Source: Eledone cirrhosa (taxonomy: Eukaryota). Taken from it: 64,000 bases of DNA. Under the pieces are notes generated by a model. The model was not told the origin of the DNA. It ran no database searches and worked only from the letters and a program-made list of their open reading frames with translations. This document shows, piece after piece, positions 27,929 to 42,306 of the stretch. Position 1 is the stretch's first letter. The number at the start of each line of letters is the position of its first letter. A program made the translations under genes and the position numbers. The stretch is from assembly GCA_964016885.1 (NCBI GenBank), contig OZ024740.1:108376001-108440000 (forward strand), in the 5' to 3' direction.

Positions 27929-30900
27929 ATGGCTATGCTAAGAGTAGGCTGTTTGAATGCGCGTGGCCTGGGCTCAACTTGGAAGCAAGCAATGCTTCTA
28001 AATGACCTCAGGTCACAACGTATAGATGTGATGGTTATTTGCGAGGCCCGGATCAGCAACGTGCGACAGCTGGCCCCCACCTTTGATGACTTTGAGATGC
28101 ACGCATCTCTCTGTCAGCCCGGAGGTGGGGGTGGGGTTGTCGTTCTGCTGCAAAAACATCTGGGTCTCGCAACACAGATGGTACATTTGGACCCGGAGGG
28201 TCGACTAGTGGTTCTGGAGCTTGGCAGTGGTAAAGGCGGAGCGCTTAGGTTGGTAGCCGCCTACGGCCCTTTCGGGTCAATGCGGCCGGACTTCTTCCAT
28301 CGTCTGGAGACTTTTCTAGGGACGTCCCGCTCTTTGCTATTAGTGGGGGACTGGAATGGTATCCTAGATGCACGCTGGGACTACGTAGGGGCCTGTCCCG
28401 ATAGAGAGGGGTGTAATAGCCTCAAAGGGTTAATCGGTCGATTTGACCTGGCCGATAGATATCGACTAGATTTTCCGACTGCGCCAACCTGGACTTGGGC
28501 AAACCTCAGCGGATCATCTAGGTCGTACCTAGATAGGTTCTTAGTTAGAATTAAGGATAAGGACTTTTTAAGTTGTCCAAAAATGCGCATGGTTGGCTAT
28601 TCAGACCACAAACTAGTGACCTGCATGGTCAACCTTGACAGAACTCATAGACAGGGACCCGGTTACTGGAAGCTCAACTTGTCCTTACCGGCAAGTAAGG
28701 CTTACAGGGACCGGATTAGCACTTTAGTTAAGGAGCGGTTGACGGGCGCCATCGTCAACAGCAGGTGGTGAGGATCTCTCAAAAGAGAGATTAGAGTAGT
28801 CTCTATAGAATTTAGTAAGGAGTTAGCCTCAAATAGAAATAGGAAGGAAAGGGAGTTGGTAGATAGTGTAGAAGAGGCAATTAGAAGCGGCGACGTGGCC
28901 AGAGTGCTAGCGTCGAGAACGGCCCTGGGCCAGTTCTTCGACGCGAAACACGAAGGCTGCATCGTCCAAAACAAAATACGTGCTCTGGGAAACGAGGGGA
29001 CCAAAGCTGTTAGCTGGGCCCGCGTGACAGAAGCCAAAAGAGGAAGCAGATCCACTATCCGGTCTTTGCGAGATCAGAACGGACGGGTGATCCTTGAACC
29101 TAAGCAGATGTGCGAGGCTTTTCAAAAGCACTTTGCCGGATTGTTCGGAAGGGGCGGGGAGCCGGTTGGGGATGTGAACTTCAGTCCATACCTCGACAGC
29201 CTGCTGCGTCTCTCGGACAGGGAGGCGAAGTCCTGCGAGGAGCCAATTTCAGCCGCTGAGATAGAGGACGTGCTGAGCCAATGCGGCAAACGCAAATCCC
29301 CGGGTCTCGATGGTCTTCCATACGAACTATATCTAGCTATGCCGGACTTGTTCCCCGATCTCCTCGAGGCGGTCTACTGCAACTGGCAACAGAACGGGAG
29401 AATTCCCTGTGCTGTGACCAAGGGCGTAGTCACGCTAGTGAGGAAGGACGAGAACAAGGGGGACGATAAAAATAACTTCAGGCCCATAACTCTGCTAAAC
29501 ACAGAGTTACAGATTTTGGCCAAGGTGCTAGCAAAGAGGTTGGCGCTTGTCGTGGGCAACCTGGTGGGAGATGCGCAGACATGTGCTATCCCGTCCAGGT
29601 CCATCCACGACAACCTCCACCTCATGCGATACATCATAGAGAGGGTTGGGAACGAACCCGGCTTTGGCGGGGCCCTGATCAACTTGGATCAATCTAAGGC
29701 ATTCGATAGGGTCAACCATGGTTACTTGGATGCGGTGCTAGCGGCAGCAGGCTTCGGACCCGTTTTTAGGGGCTGGATCAATGCCATGCACAGCAGCCGC
29801 ATCTGCTCTAGGGTCAAGGTGAACGGCTACCTCTCGGAGCCGTTCGAAATCACGTGGTCCATCCGACAGGGGTGCCCTCTCTCCTCCCTTCTGTATGTAA
29901 TGACTCTAGAGCCACTGCTGCGGAAGTTGGAGTTGTTGCAGGGCATCCCGTTGGAACCGGGATTGCGGAAAGCGGTGTCAGCCTACGCCAATGACGTAAC
30001 AGTAATGGTGTCGACGGCCTCGGAAATCGGGGCGATCGGCACCTTACTGGAGGAGTACGAAAGGTTTACAGGGGCTAAGCTGAACCGGGACAAGTCGATC
30101 GGTCTGCAACTCGGCACGTGGAGGGGCAGATCGATGCCCTCCGATGGCGTCGTCGGGCGCTGGACGGAGGGCCCGGTGAAGTTGCTCGGGGTCTGGTTCG
30201 GACCAGACCTCCAGGTGGAGAAGAACTGGGGTGAGGTAACGAACAGGGTGTTTGCACTGACCCAGAATTGGGCCGAGTGCAAACTGTCCCTGAAAGGTTG
30301 GGCGGAGGTGGCGAACACTTATATAGCGTCTGTCATCTACTACCGCCTGACTGTTGTGCCTTGCCCAAGAGAAACGCTCGCCAAAATGGAGTGCGCACTC
30401 TTCCAATTCCTTTGGAAGAAGCGGGCTCCTATAGTGAGGAGATCCATCTGCTGTCAACACCCTTCGAAAAGAAGGCTGGGGATGCCGTGGCTAATGATAC
30501 GTAAACACGCATTAAGGCTACGGCACCTTCAGGTATTTCTCTCCGGTCAACCGGTGTGGGCCCCGTTTGTGAGGCGAGCCTTTCCCAGACTCGTCTCACT
30601 CACCGAGCTGCAATCCTGGGTCAAGCAAAGACCAAGAAAACTGGGCGCCTGGCACACCGAGTGTGCCCAGGCGATCACGGCTCTCTGGCAGGCGGACCCG
30701 GCTGTCAGTGGAGAATCCACCTCGTCATTCTATAGAGGGCTGGTGGTTAGCAGGTGCGACGATGCCCTCGGAGAAGCCCTAGGCATGGAGGAAGACGAAC
30801 TGGCCAACCTGTTCGGTAGGACATTCAGCCCGGGACCCATGGATAACTTCCAGAGGTCCCTGGCCTGGCAATGCTACAGAAGGGCTCTGCTCGTTCGAGA

Positions 30901-31495
30901 AAGGCTCTACAGACACGGGCGCCCGGGTAGGGACCCCTCGAAAAAGATCTGTCCCAGATGCGTGTGCGACAAGGAAACCGTTGCACACGCATTGGTACAC
31001 TGCTCAGGCATTGCCGATCTGTGGGGCTATGTCGAACAACTGCTGTCAAGGGTGGGACCGATCCGGTTGACCACCGAGTCTATTGTAACGATCAAGCCGC
31101 CTCCCCTCTTCAAAAACGAAGGAGAGGCGGTGTTTCTGTGCGTAATAGCCATAGCGAAAGAGGTTGTATGGTGGACGCGTCTGAAAGGACTGAGGTTAGA
31201 CACCTTTCTCTCTGGCCAACAACTGGTCCGTTTCTTCCGATATCATTTCGGGAGAAGGATCAGGATGGAGAGAGTGGTGCTGTACCCCAGCCGTTTTTAT
31301 GAAAGATGGGTGAAAGTGGCGAGAATGGTCCGTGTGAATGGGCCTTCACTCTACATCAGACTACAGGTGAGGAAGATGAAAGACCAAGGGAGCACCCCCT
31401 CTCTGTGCTCCCGAGGAAAAGGGTTGCACACTTTTTTTCGGGGGGGTGTGCGACCCCCCCAAGGCGCCTCCTCTCTATTGGGAACTTTGTTATAA
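27929..31495 (+). pseudogene. Tx1 ORF2 (APE endonuclease, RT, C-terminal zinc finger), inactivated
   Basis: GCLNARGL, GDWN, YLDRF, SDH, PGYWKLN, SPGLDG, NFRPITL, DQSKAFD, RQGCPLS, CPRC...HALVHC. One in-frame TGA at 28769-28771, and YADD reads YAND. Confidence 0.9.
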
Positions 31496-34394
31496 ATTTT
31501 ATTTTTTGTTATATCTTAATTTATTTTTATATATTGTTATTGCCTCCTCCCTATTGAGGACGCCTTGTTTTGTAAACTCCCCCATTGTACTTGTCCCACT
31601 TTTGATGCCCTGGTGGCAAATAAAAGAAACATATCTGTAACACTAACTTCAAAAAACGAGACAATCACTTGATCACCTATAGATCAGCGGAACACGCCAG
31701 TCAGATAGATTATATCCTTACCAGAAGACGTGATAGAGTGTCTGTTCTAAACACTAAATCCCTCCCCCATGAAGAATGCACCTCCCAACATAGACTCATA
31801 GTCAGCGACCTCATAGTCAGGACAAGACGTACTCAACAACAGAGGAGGACTATCCTCAGGAGAAAAATATAGAAGCTAAAGGACCCCACAGCCAGTAATA
31901 AATTTAAAAGCATATTACTTGATGCTTTCGACAGTAAGTAAGAGCAGTTAGAGACGTACAATATAGAGGAACAGTGGGAATTCCTGAAAGCTAACCTGTT
32001 GAAGGCAGCAGATGAAGTCTGTGGCTGGAGCAGGCCTATAGGCAGGAGGAGAGTAAAGTGGTGGTGGAACAGTAAGGTGGAGGAGTCAAAAAAGCAGGCT
32101 TGGAAAGTATGGCGGGATGGGGGAAGTAGAGAAGACTATCAAGTGGCCAGGAGGGAAGCTAGGAGAGAAGTGTACTTAGCAAGAAGGGAAGCTGAGGAAA
32201 GAAAGTTCAAGCATGTTCTACAACGCGATGACCAAAAACGTGAGGTGTTCAGGATTGCTAGGCAATGCGTCAAGGAAAACCGTGATATTGTCGGGGAGAA
32301 GTGTGTACTTAACGATGATGGCATACTTGCCATCACCGACACTGATAAGAAGGTAGCTTGGAAGTGTCACTATGAAAGGCTACTAAATGAGGAGAATAAA
32401 TGGGAGAAAGACAGTCTCCCCCATATCGACCCAATAGAGGGACCAGCAGTGTTAGTCGAGGAGAGTATAATAAGTAAGGCAATCAAGGATATGAAGACGG
32501 GTAAGGCGGCTGGGCCTTCGGAAATAGTTGCTGAGATGCTGAAGGCATCTGGCACGGTGGGACACACCATGGTCACCCGCATAGTTAACCAAGTCGTACA
32601 GAATGGGGTTGTTCTGAAGGACTGGCATAGCAGCATCATCGTTAACTGTTATAAGGGTAAAGGAGATGCCCTAGATAGGAGTAACTATAGAGGCATTAAA
32701 TTAATCGACCAGGTCATGAAGGTCACGGAAAAAGTAATAGCGCAACTAATCAGAGAGAGAATTGACCTAGATGAAATGCAGTTCGGGTTTGTGTCAGGCA
32801 AAAGTACCACAGACGCTCTTTTCATAGTACGACAACTACAGGAGAAGTTCCTAGCTAAAGGTAAACCCCTATACTTAGCTTTTGTTGATTTGGAGAAAGC
32901 CTTTGACAGAGTCCCCCGTTCCATTATCTGGTGGGCTCTTAGAAAACTAGGTGCTGATGAATGGCTTGTGAGAGCTATACAAGCCATGTATAAAGGAACA
33001 GTCAGCAAGGTTAGAATTAACAACGAATATAGTGAAGAGTTTAGCGAAGAAATTCCAAACATGGAAGCATGGCCTAGAATCAAAAGGCCTTAAAGTTAAC
33101 TTGTCTAAGACTAAAGTTCTAGTTTGTAGGAAGGAAAATAGGGCACCGGTCCCATCTGGCAAATGGCCATGCTCAGTGTGTAGGAAAAGAGTAAGCAGAA
33201 ACTCCATTTTATGTCCCAAATGCAAAGTATGGGTGCATAAAAGATGTAGTGGGATCACAGGTAAGCTAACTAAGAATATAGATTTTATATGTGGCCGGTG
33301 TTCTGGTGCAATAAGTAGCAGCAAGTGCCCACAGAATACTAGCTCATTCCATTGCACAGATGGTTCTATAAAAATAGTGGACATATTCCATTACCTGGGT
33401 GACAAAATCAGCAATGGGGTAGGGTGCTCTGAAAGTACTGTAGCTAGAGTCAGAACGGGATGGAAAAAGTTCAGAGAGCTTATACCACTATTGGCCGCTA
33501 AAGGGTTCTCTCTAAAAATGAAAGGCAAGCTGTATGATGCCTGCATACGAACAGCAATGTTACATGGCAGTGAGACCTGGGCATTGTGTGCAGAGGATAT
33601 ACGCAGACTGGAGAGAAATGAAACTTGCATGCTCTGCTGGATGTGTAATAGTAATATACGTGAACGGCAAAGCATAAACGAACTAATGGAGAAATTAGGA
33701 ATAAGAGGGATCAGATGTTGTTTACTCGAGAGGAACACTACATTGGTATGGTCACGTGATGCACATGAAAAACGACAACTGTATAAAAAAAAGAGCAGGG
33801 TGATAAAAATAGACGGTAGCAACGGAGTAGGCAGACCCAGAAAAACCTGGGACGACTTGATAAATTCCGACCTCACACACTTACACCTCTCCAAGACACT
33901 GTCACTGGACCGAGATCTTTGGCGCTACACAGTCATACAGAAGAGCCGCCTTGCCTAAGTTCAAAGCGAAGCCTACAGTCAGTAGGTACCTAACAAAATA
34001 CACCCCCGTCCCACCACCCACACCCCATCCACACCGCCCCTTTCAATGTAAAGTTATGTTGGTGCCACAAAATCCAGGCCGAAACAAATGAGATCGTGTA
34101 GGTGTCACGACAAAAAAACACACAGTCCACGCTGTAATGTGACCGCGTAGGCAACATGGTAAAAACCTCCCAGTCCACACTGTTAACGTGGTTGGTATTA
34201 GGAAGGGCATCCAGCCATAGAAAACCCGCCAGACAGTCCTATATGAGCAGGATAACAAAATCTTGCCTCAAGTGGGAAAACTCCCGTCCAAACCCATGCA
34301 AGCGTGGAAGATGGGCGTTAAACGATGATGATGATGAAGATGATGATGATATATATATTTATATATATATATTTATATATATATATATATATTT

Positions 34395-36218
34395 ATCATC
34401 ATCATCATCATCATCATTTTACGTCCGCTTTTCCCTGCTTGCAAGGGTGGGACGGGTCTTATTCAGCATCTCTCCACTCGTCACGGTCCCTCGTCATCTC
34501 CACCGCGAGCTTCAATGATCTGAGGTCTGTTCTCACCACCTCCGCCCATGTTTTTCGTGGTCTACCTCTACCACGTCTTCCTTCAACTGGCAATTCCTGG
34601 CACTTCTTCACCCATCGGTCATCCTCCATGCGCATCACATGTCCATACCACCTCAGTCTCCTCTCCCGTACACTACATTCTATCCCACTCAGACACAGTT
34701 TCTCTCTCAACACATTTATGCTGGGTTGTTCACGCACATTTAAACTGCACATCCAACGGAGCATGCTTGCCTCATTTCTCTCCAGCCGTCGCATATCCTC
34801 TGCAGTTGCTGCCCATGTCTCACTACCATGCAGCATCGCGCTCCTCACACGGGCATCATATAACCGGCCTTTCGTACGCAGGGAGAAACCCTTCTTCGTC
34901 AGCAGAGGAAGCAGCTCCCTAAACTTCTTCCAACCCGTCCTTATTCTAGATACTATGGCCTCGGAACACCCCCCCCCCCTCCCATGCTAATCTGATCTAG
35001 GTACCGGAAGCTATCTACCATTTCTATAGCACCTGCCTGCATTTGAAAAATGTGTCTATCAATGCGACTTCTACTGTCTAATTTCCCCGTACATCTACTG
35101 CATACATATTTCTCCCTACCTGTTAGTTTGCCTGCTATCCCACTACATCTCTTGTGTACCCAGGATCTGCATTGTGTGCATTTTATAGAATTTATGCCAG
35201 TTCCTTTTCTGCATATCGAACATGGCCATTTCCCTGACGGAATCAGGGTTTTGTCCTCTTTTCTACTCATCAACACTTTTGTCTTAGCTAGATTTACTCT
35301 CAGTCCTCTTGCTTCCAACTGCTGTTTCCATAGCCAGAATTTATTCTCTAGCTCCTCTACTGATTCTGCTATAACAACCAGATCGTCAGCGTAGAGAAGT
35401 TCCCATGGACAGCCAGTCTTAAACTCCTCTGTTATGGCTTGGAGGACTATAATGAACAAGAGCGGACTGAGGACCGAACCCTGATGTACTCCTACTTGTA
35501 TCTGGAATTCCTTACTAAACTCCATTCCTACCCTGACTTTACTGAGAGTACCTCTGTACAAAGTTTGCACTGTCCTCACAAGCCATTCCTCAACACCTAG
35601 CTTCCTTAGGGACCACCAGATGACAGATCGGGGTACCCTATCAAAAGCCTTCTCTAGGTCAACAAAGGCTAAATATAGTGGCTTATTCTTCTCTAAGAAC
35701 CTCTCTTGCAATTGTCTCACCAAGAAGAGGGCATCTGTTGTACTCTTCCCAGGCACAAAACCAAACTGCATCTCATCTAGTTTGACCCTTTCTCTAATTA
35801 GTTGTGCTAAAATCCTTTCTGCCACTTTCATAACTTGATCTATCAGTTTTATACCCCTATAATTGCTCCTCTCCAAAGCATCCCCTTTACTTTTGTAGCA
35901 ATTTATGAGAATACTGCTGCACCAGTCTTTGGGTATGACTCCACCATATATAGTCTGATTGATGATGCGTGCAACCAGTTTAGTTTGCCTTCAGCATCTC
36001 AGCAACTATTTTTCATTTCCCTAATCGCCTCTTGGACCCTATATTCGTCAATCTCAATAGCTGGTCCCTCTGTCGGATCCACCAAGGGTAATTTCTCTCT
36101 CTCCCATTCGTTCTCCACATACATCAGTCTCTCATAATGACATTTCCAGGCCTCCTTTTTCTGATCATTCGTGACACTAAGTACACCGGCATCATCCCGG
36201 ACACATTTATCTCCAACA
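34395..36218 (-). mobile_element. RTE-clade LINE, second family (B), truncated and degenerate
   Basis: ORFs 34953-35876 (YADD, PHD-like finger) and 34459-34848. Short 3'UTR with (GAT)n tail. Confidence 0.88.
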
Positions 36219-36261
<43 letters not shown>

Positions 36262-36262
36262 T

Positions 36263-36298
<36 letters not shown>

Positions 36299-36358
36299 TA
36301 TATATATATATATTTATATATATATATTTATATATATATTTATATATATATTTATATT

Positions 36359-36394
<36 letters not shown>

Positions 36395-36412
36395 TATATT
36401 TATATTCATCAT

Positions 36413-36731
36413 TCATCATCATTTCATTTTACGTCCGCTTTTTCACTGCTGGCAAGGGTGGGAGGGGAATTGATTCTGGCTTGATTTCTACAGCTGGATG
36501 CCCTTCCTAGCACCAACCTCATTTACAGTGAGTGCCGTGGCGCCTACACGACCACTTTGTAGTGGAATGATAGGGACCATAGTCCCTATCATCTCATTTC
36601 TACAGCTGAGTAAACTGGAGCAATGTGAAATAAAGTGTCTTGCTCAAGGAAACAACACATCACCCGGCCTGAGAATAGAACTCTCAACGTTTCGATTGCA
36701 AGCCCAATGCTCTAACCACTAAGCCATGTGC

Positions 36732-36735
<4 letters not shown>
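36413..36735 (-). mobile_element. tRNA-derived CORE-like SINE with RTE-derived 3' part
   Basis: Reverse complement has A box TGGCTTAGTGG, B-box-like GAGTTCTATTC, ccttgagcaagacactt core, aggaagggcatccagctgtagaaa and a GAT tail. Confidence 0.82.
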
Positions 36736-36824
<89 letters not shown>

Positions 36825-36830
<6 letters not shown>

Positions 36831-39800
36831 TTCAGAGTTGGTACCATAAATGTAGGCACCCTAAAGGGTCGCGCTAACGAGGTTGTAGAAATGCTTGAAC
36901 GTAAGGAGGTCGATGTTTGTTGTATTCAAGAGACCAGGTGGAGGGGTGGGTCTGCTAGGTTCATTGAGGGTAAAAAACGATGTTATAAGCTTTTCTGGGT
37001 GGGAAACGACGATGGGCTGGGTGGAGTAGGAATCATGGTAGCAGAAAAGTGGGCAGATAAGATAATAGACGTAAATAGAGTGAACGACAGAATAATTAAA
37101 ATACGACTTGTCCTCAATAGAACTACGGTGACAGTAATATCTGCGTACGCACCCCAATCCGGACTGCCCGGCACTATAAAAGACAGATTCTATGAGACAC
37201 TGATGCTAACTACCTCCCAAATATCCGACAGTGACTATATAATTATCGCAGGCGACCTAAATGGTCACGTTGGACAACATTGTGACGGCTACGACGAAAT
37301 CCATGGAGGCTATGGGTTTGGTACTAGAAATGAGGAAGGCTCCAGAATCCTGGAATTCTGTGATGCAAATAACCTAACTATCTGTAACACTAACTTCAAA
37401 AAACGTGACAATCACCTGATCACCTATAGATCCGGGGAACACACAAGCCAGGTAGATTATATCCTTACCAGAAGACGTGACAGAGTGTCTGTTGTTAACA
37501 CTAAATCCCTCCCCCATGAAGAATGCACCTCCCAACATAGACTGATAATTAGCGACCTCATAGTCAGGACGAGACGTACTCGACAACAGAAGAGGACTAT
37601 CCTCAGGAGGAAAATATGGAAGTTAAAGGACCCCACAGCCAGGAATAAATTTCAAAGCATATTACTTGATGCTTTCGACAGTAAGGAAGAACATTTAGAG
37701 TCGGTCAATATAGAGGGAGAGTGGGAATTTCTGAAAGCAAACCTGCTGTTGGCGACAGACGAGGTCTGTGGTTGGAGCAGGCCTGTAGGCAGGAGGAGAG
37801 TAACATGGTGGTGGAACAGTAAGGTGGAGGGGTCAATTAAGGCCAAAAAGCAGGCTTGGAAAGTATGGCGGGATGGGGGAAGTAGAGAGGACTATCAAGT
37901 GGCCAGGAGGGAAGCTAGGAGACAAGTGTACTTAGCAAGAAGGGAAGCTGAGGAAAGAAAGTTCAAGCATGTTCTACAACGCGATGACCAAAAACGTGAG
38001 GTGTTCAGGATTGCTAGGCAATGCGTCAAGGAAAACCGTGATATTGTCGGGGAGAAGTGTGTACTAAACGACGATGGCACACTTGCCATCACCGACGCTG
38101 ATAAGAAGGTAGCTTGGAAGTGTCACTATGAAAGGCTTCTAAATGAGGAGAATAATTGGGAGAAAGGCAGTCTCCCCCATATCGACCCAATAGAGGGACC
38201 AGCAGTGTTAGTCGAGGGGAGTATAATAAGTAAGGCAATCAAGGATATGAAGACTGGTAAGGCGGCTGGGCCTTCGGAAATAGTTGCTGAGATGCTGAAG
38301 GCATCTGGCACGGTGGGACACACCATGGTCACCCGCATAGTTAACCAAGTCGTACAGAATGGGGTTGTTCCGAAGGACTGGCATAGCAGCATCATCGTTA
38401 ACTGTTATAAGGGTAAAGGAGACGCCCTAGATAGGAGTAACTATAGAGGCATTAAATTAATCGACCAGGTCATGAAGGTCACGGAAAGAGTAATAGCGCA
38501 ACTAATCAGAGAGAGAATTGACCTAGATGAAATGCAGTTCGGGTTTGTGTCAGGCAAAAGTACCACAGACGCTCTTTTCATAGTACGACAACTACAGGAG
38601 AAGTACCTAGCTAAAGGTAAACCCCTCTACTTAGCTTTTGTCGACTTGGAGAAAGCCTTCGACAGAGTCCCCCGCTCCATTATCTGGTGGGCTCTTAGAA
38701 AACTAGGCGTTGACGAATGGCTTGTGAGGGCTATACAAGCCATGTATAAAGAAACAGTCAGCAAGGTTAGAATTAACAACGAATATAGTGAAGAGTTTAG
38801 CGTAAAAGTTGGCGTCCATCAGGGCTCTGTTCTCAGTCCACTACTATTTATTATTGCCCTTCAGGCTATAACAGAGGAGTTCAAGACAGGCTGCCCATGG
38901 GAACTCCTATACGCAGACGACCTGACACTCATAGCGGAATCAATGGCCGAGCTAGAGAAGAAATTCCAAACATGGAAGCACGGCCTAGAGTCAAAAGGAC
39001 TTAAAATTAACCTGGCTAAGACCAAAGTACTAGTTTGTAGGAAAGAAAACCAGGCGGCGGTCCCTTCTGGGAAATGGTCGTGCTCGGTGTGTAGGAAAGG
39101 CGTAGGTAGAAACTCAATTTTATGTCCTGAATGCAAAGTATGGGTGCATAAAAGATGTAGTGGGATCACAGGTAAGCTAACTAAGAACATAGATTTTACA
39201 TGTGGCCGGTGCTCTGGTGCAATAAGTAGCAGCAAGTGCCCACAAACTACTAGCTCTTTCAATTGCGCAGAGGGTTCTATAGAAATAGTGGACAGCTTCC
39301 GTTACCTGGGCGATAAAATCAGCAGTGGGGGAGGGTGCTCTGAAAGTACTGTAGCTAGAGTCAGAACTGGTTGGAAAAAGTTCAGAGAGCTTACACCACT
39401 ATTAGCTGCTAAAGGGTTCTCACTAAAAATGAAAGGCAGGTTGTACGATGCCTGCATACGAACAGCAATGCTGCATGGCAGTGAGACCTGGGCATTGTGT
39501 GCAGAGGATATACGCAGACTAGAGAGGAACAAAGCTTGCATGCTCCGCTGGATGTGTAACAGTAATATACGTGAACGGCAAAGCATAAACGAACTAAGGA
39601 AAAAATTAGAGATAAGAGGGATCAGATGTTGTTTACTCGAGAGAAGGCTACGTTGGTATGGACACGTGATGCGCATGAAAGTCGATAGCTGTATAACAAA
39701 GTGCAGGGCAATAAAGATAGACGGTAGTCACGGAATAGGCAGACCTAGAAAAACCTGGGACGAGCTGATAAACTCCGACATCACACACTTACACCTCTCC

Positions 39801-39866
39801 AAGACAATGTCACTGGACCGAGACCTTTGGCGGTACTCAGTAACAGAGAAGACCCGCCTTACCTAA
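36825..39866 (+). CDS. RTE ORF: APE endonuclease, reverse transcriptase, PHD-like finger
   Basis: No stop over ~1010 codons, with all APE and RT motifs including YADD. The annotated start at 36726 lies in the SINE/(TA)n flank and is not native. Confidence 0.9.
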
Positions 39867-40285
39867 ATATATAGTAAAACCTACTCCAGCCAGTAGGCAT
39901 CTCTAACAAAATACACCCCGTCCCACCACCACCACCCCCACCCGATCCACACCACCCCCACCTGATCCACACCACCCCGTTCTATGTAAAGTTATGTTGG
40001 TGCCGCGCCATCGAGGCCGAAACAAATGAGATCGTGTAGGTGTCACGACAAAAAAACACACAGTCCACGCTGTAATGTGGCCGTGTAGGCAACACGGTAA
40101 AAACCTCCCAGACCCACACTGTAAATGTGGTTGGTGTTAGGAAGGGCATCCAACTGTAGAAAACCTGCCAGACAGTCCTATGCGAGCAAGACAATCACTC
40201 TTGCCTCAAGTGGGACTACCCCCGTCCAAACCCATGCAAGCGTGGAACACGGACGTTAAACGTTGATGATGATGATGATGATGAT
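36825..40285 (+). mobile_element. RTE-clade LINE (family A), young copy lacking only its extreme 5' end
   Basis: Uninterrupted frame, ~400-bp 3'UTR, (GAT)n tail, flanked by TA-type repeats. Confidence 0.95.
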
Positions 40286-41598
<1,313 letters not shown>

Positions 41599-41602
41599 TT
41601 GT

Positions 41603-41991
41603 AATAAAATGAAAACAAAATTTCATTTCTCACTCTTAGTACGGCACTTACTTAAATGTAAGTATGTATGTATACTTACATACATATATGTATACAGACG
41701 TACAGTAGCATGCATATATATATATATATACATACAGGTACACATACATATATGTACATATCAGTTTAGCGGACGCTTATTATAACGCCCGCTTTGTTCG
41801 TTTGTAAACAAACTGAACAGCTTGAATTTATGCCGTACGGTGTTAAGGCAACCATGTCACCTTTTTGTTCAACACTGACACAGGAACGATGTACTAGTTT
41901 CAAGCTTGTTAGCTATCATCAGCACCGTATACTCTTCTGCCAACTGATACGTACATATATGTATGTACGTATACATACATACTTACATTTA
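41603..41991 (-). mobile_element. Dispersed diverged copy of the 466-bp retrozyme-like unit with HHR (41886-41928) and a terminal inversion
   Basis: Homologous to 21085-21422. HHR core and stems identical. 41942-41991 is an inverted, internally deleted copy of ~41653-41767. Confidence 0.85.
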
Positions 41992-42219
41992 TTTATATAT
42001 ATATATATATACTTATATATATACATTTATATATATATATTTATATATATATATTTATATATATATATTTATATATATATATTTATATATATATATTTAT
42101 ATATATATGTTTATATATATTTATATTTATATATTTATATATATTTATATATATTTATATTTATATATTTATATATATTTATATATATATATATTTATAT
42201 ATATATTTATATATATATA

Positions 42220-42278
<59 letters not shown>

Positions 42279-42306
42279 ATATAAATATATATATATATAA
42301 ATATAC

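Larger units (their letters stand above)
25907..31631 (+). mobile_element. Full-length Tx1/L1-clade non-LTR retrotransposon
   Basis: Two ORFs, AATAAA near the 3' end, and a 17-bp TSD tatctgtaacactaact at 25890-25906 and 31632-31648. Confidence 0.92.
25090..34350 (+). mobile_element. Near full-length RTE LINE (family A), degenerate, split by a Tx1 insertion
   Basis: APE N-terminus at 25340-25906 (RVGTMNVGTL, IQETRW, SAYAPQ, GDLNGH) resumes at 31649 with the rest of APE, RT and PHD. Stops and frameshifts present. (GAT)n tail. The 5' boundary is approximate. Confidence 0.9.

Noticed and set aside
28769-28771. Programmed readthrough or selenocysteine at the Tx1 ORF2 TGA
   Set aside because: Best explained as a TGG-to-TGA mutation, since the same copy also has a broken YADD motif.
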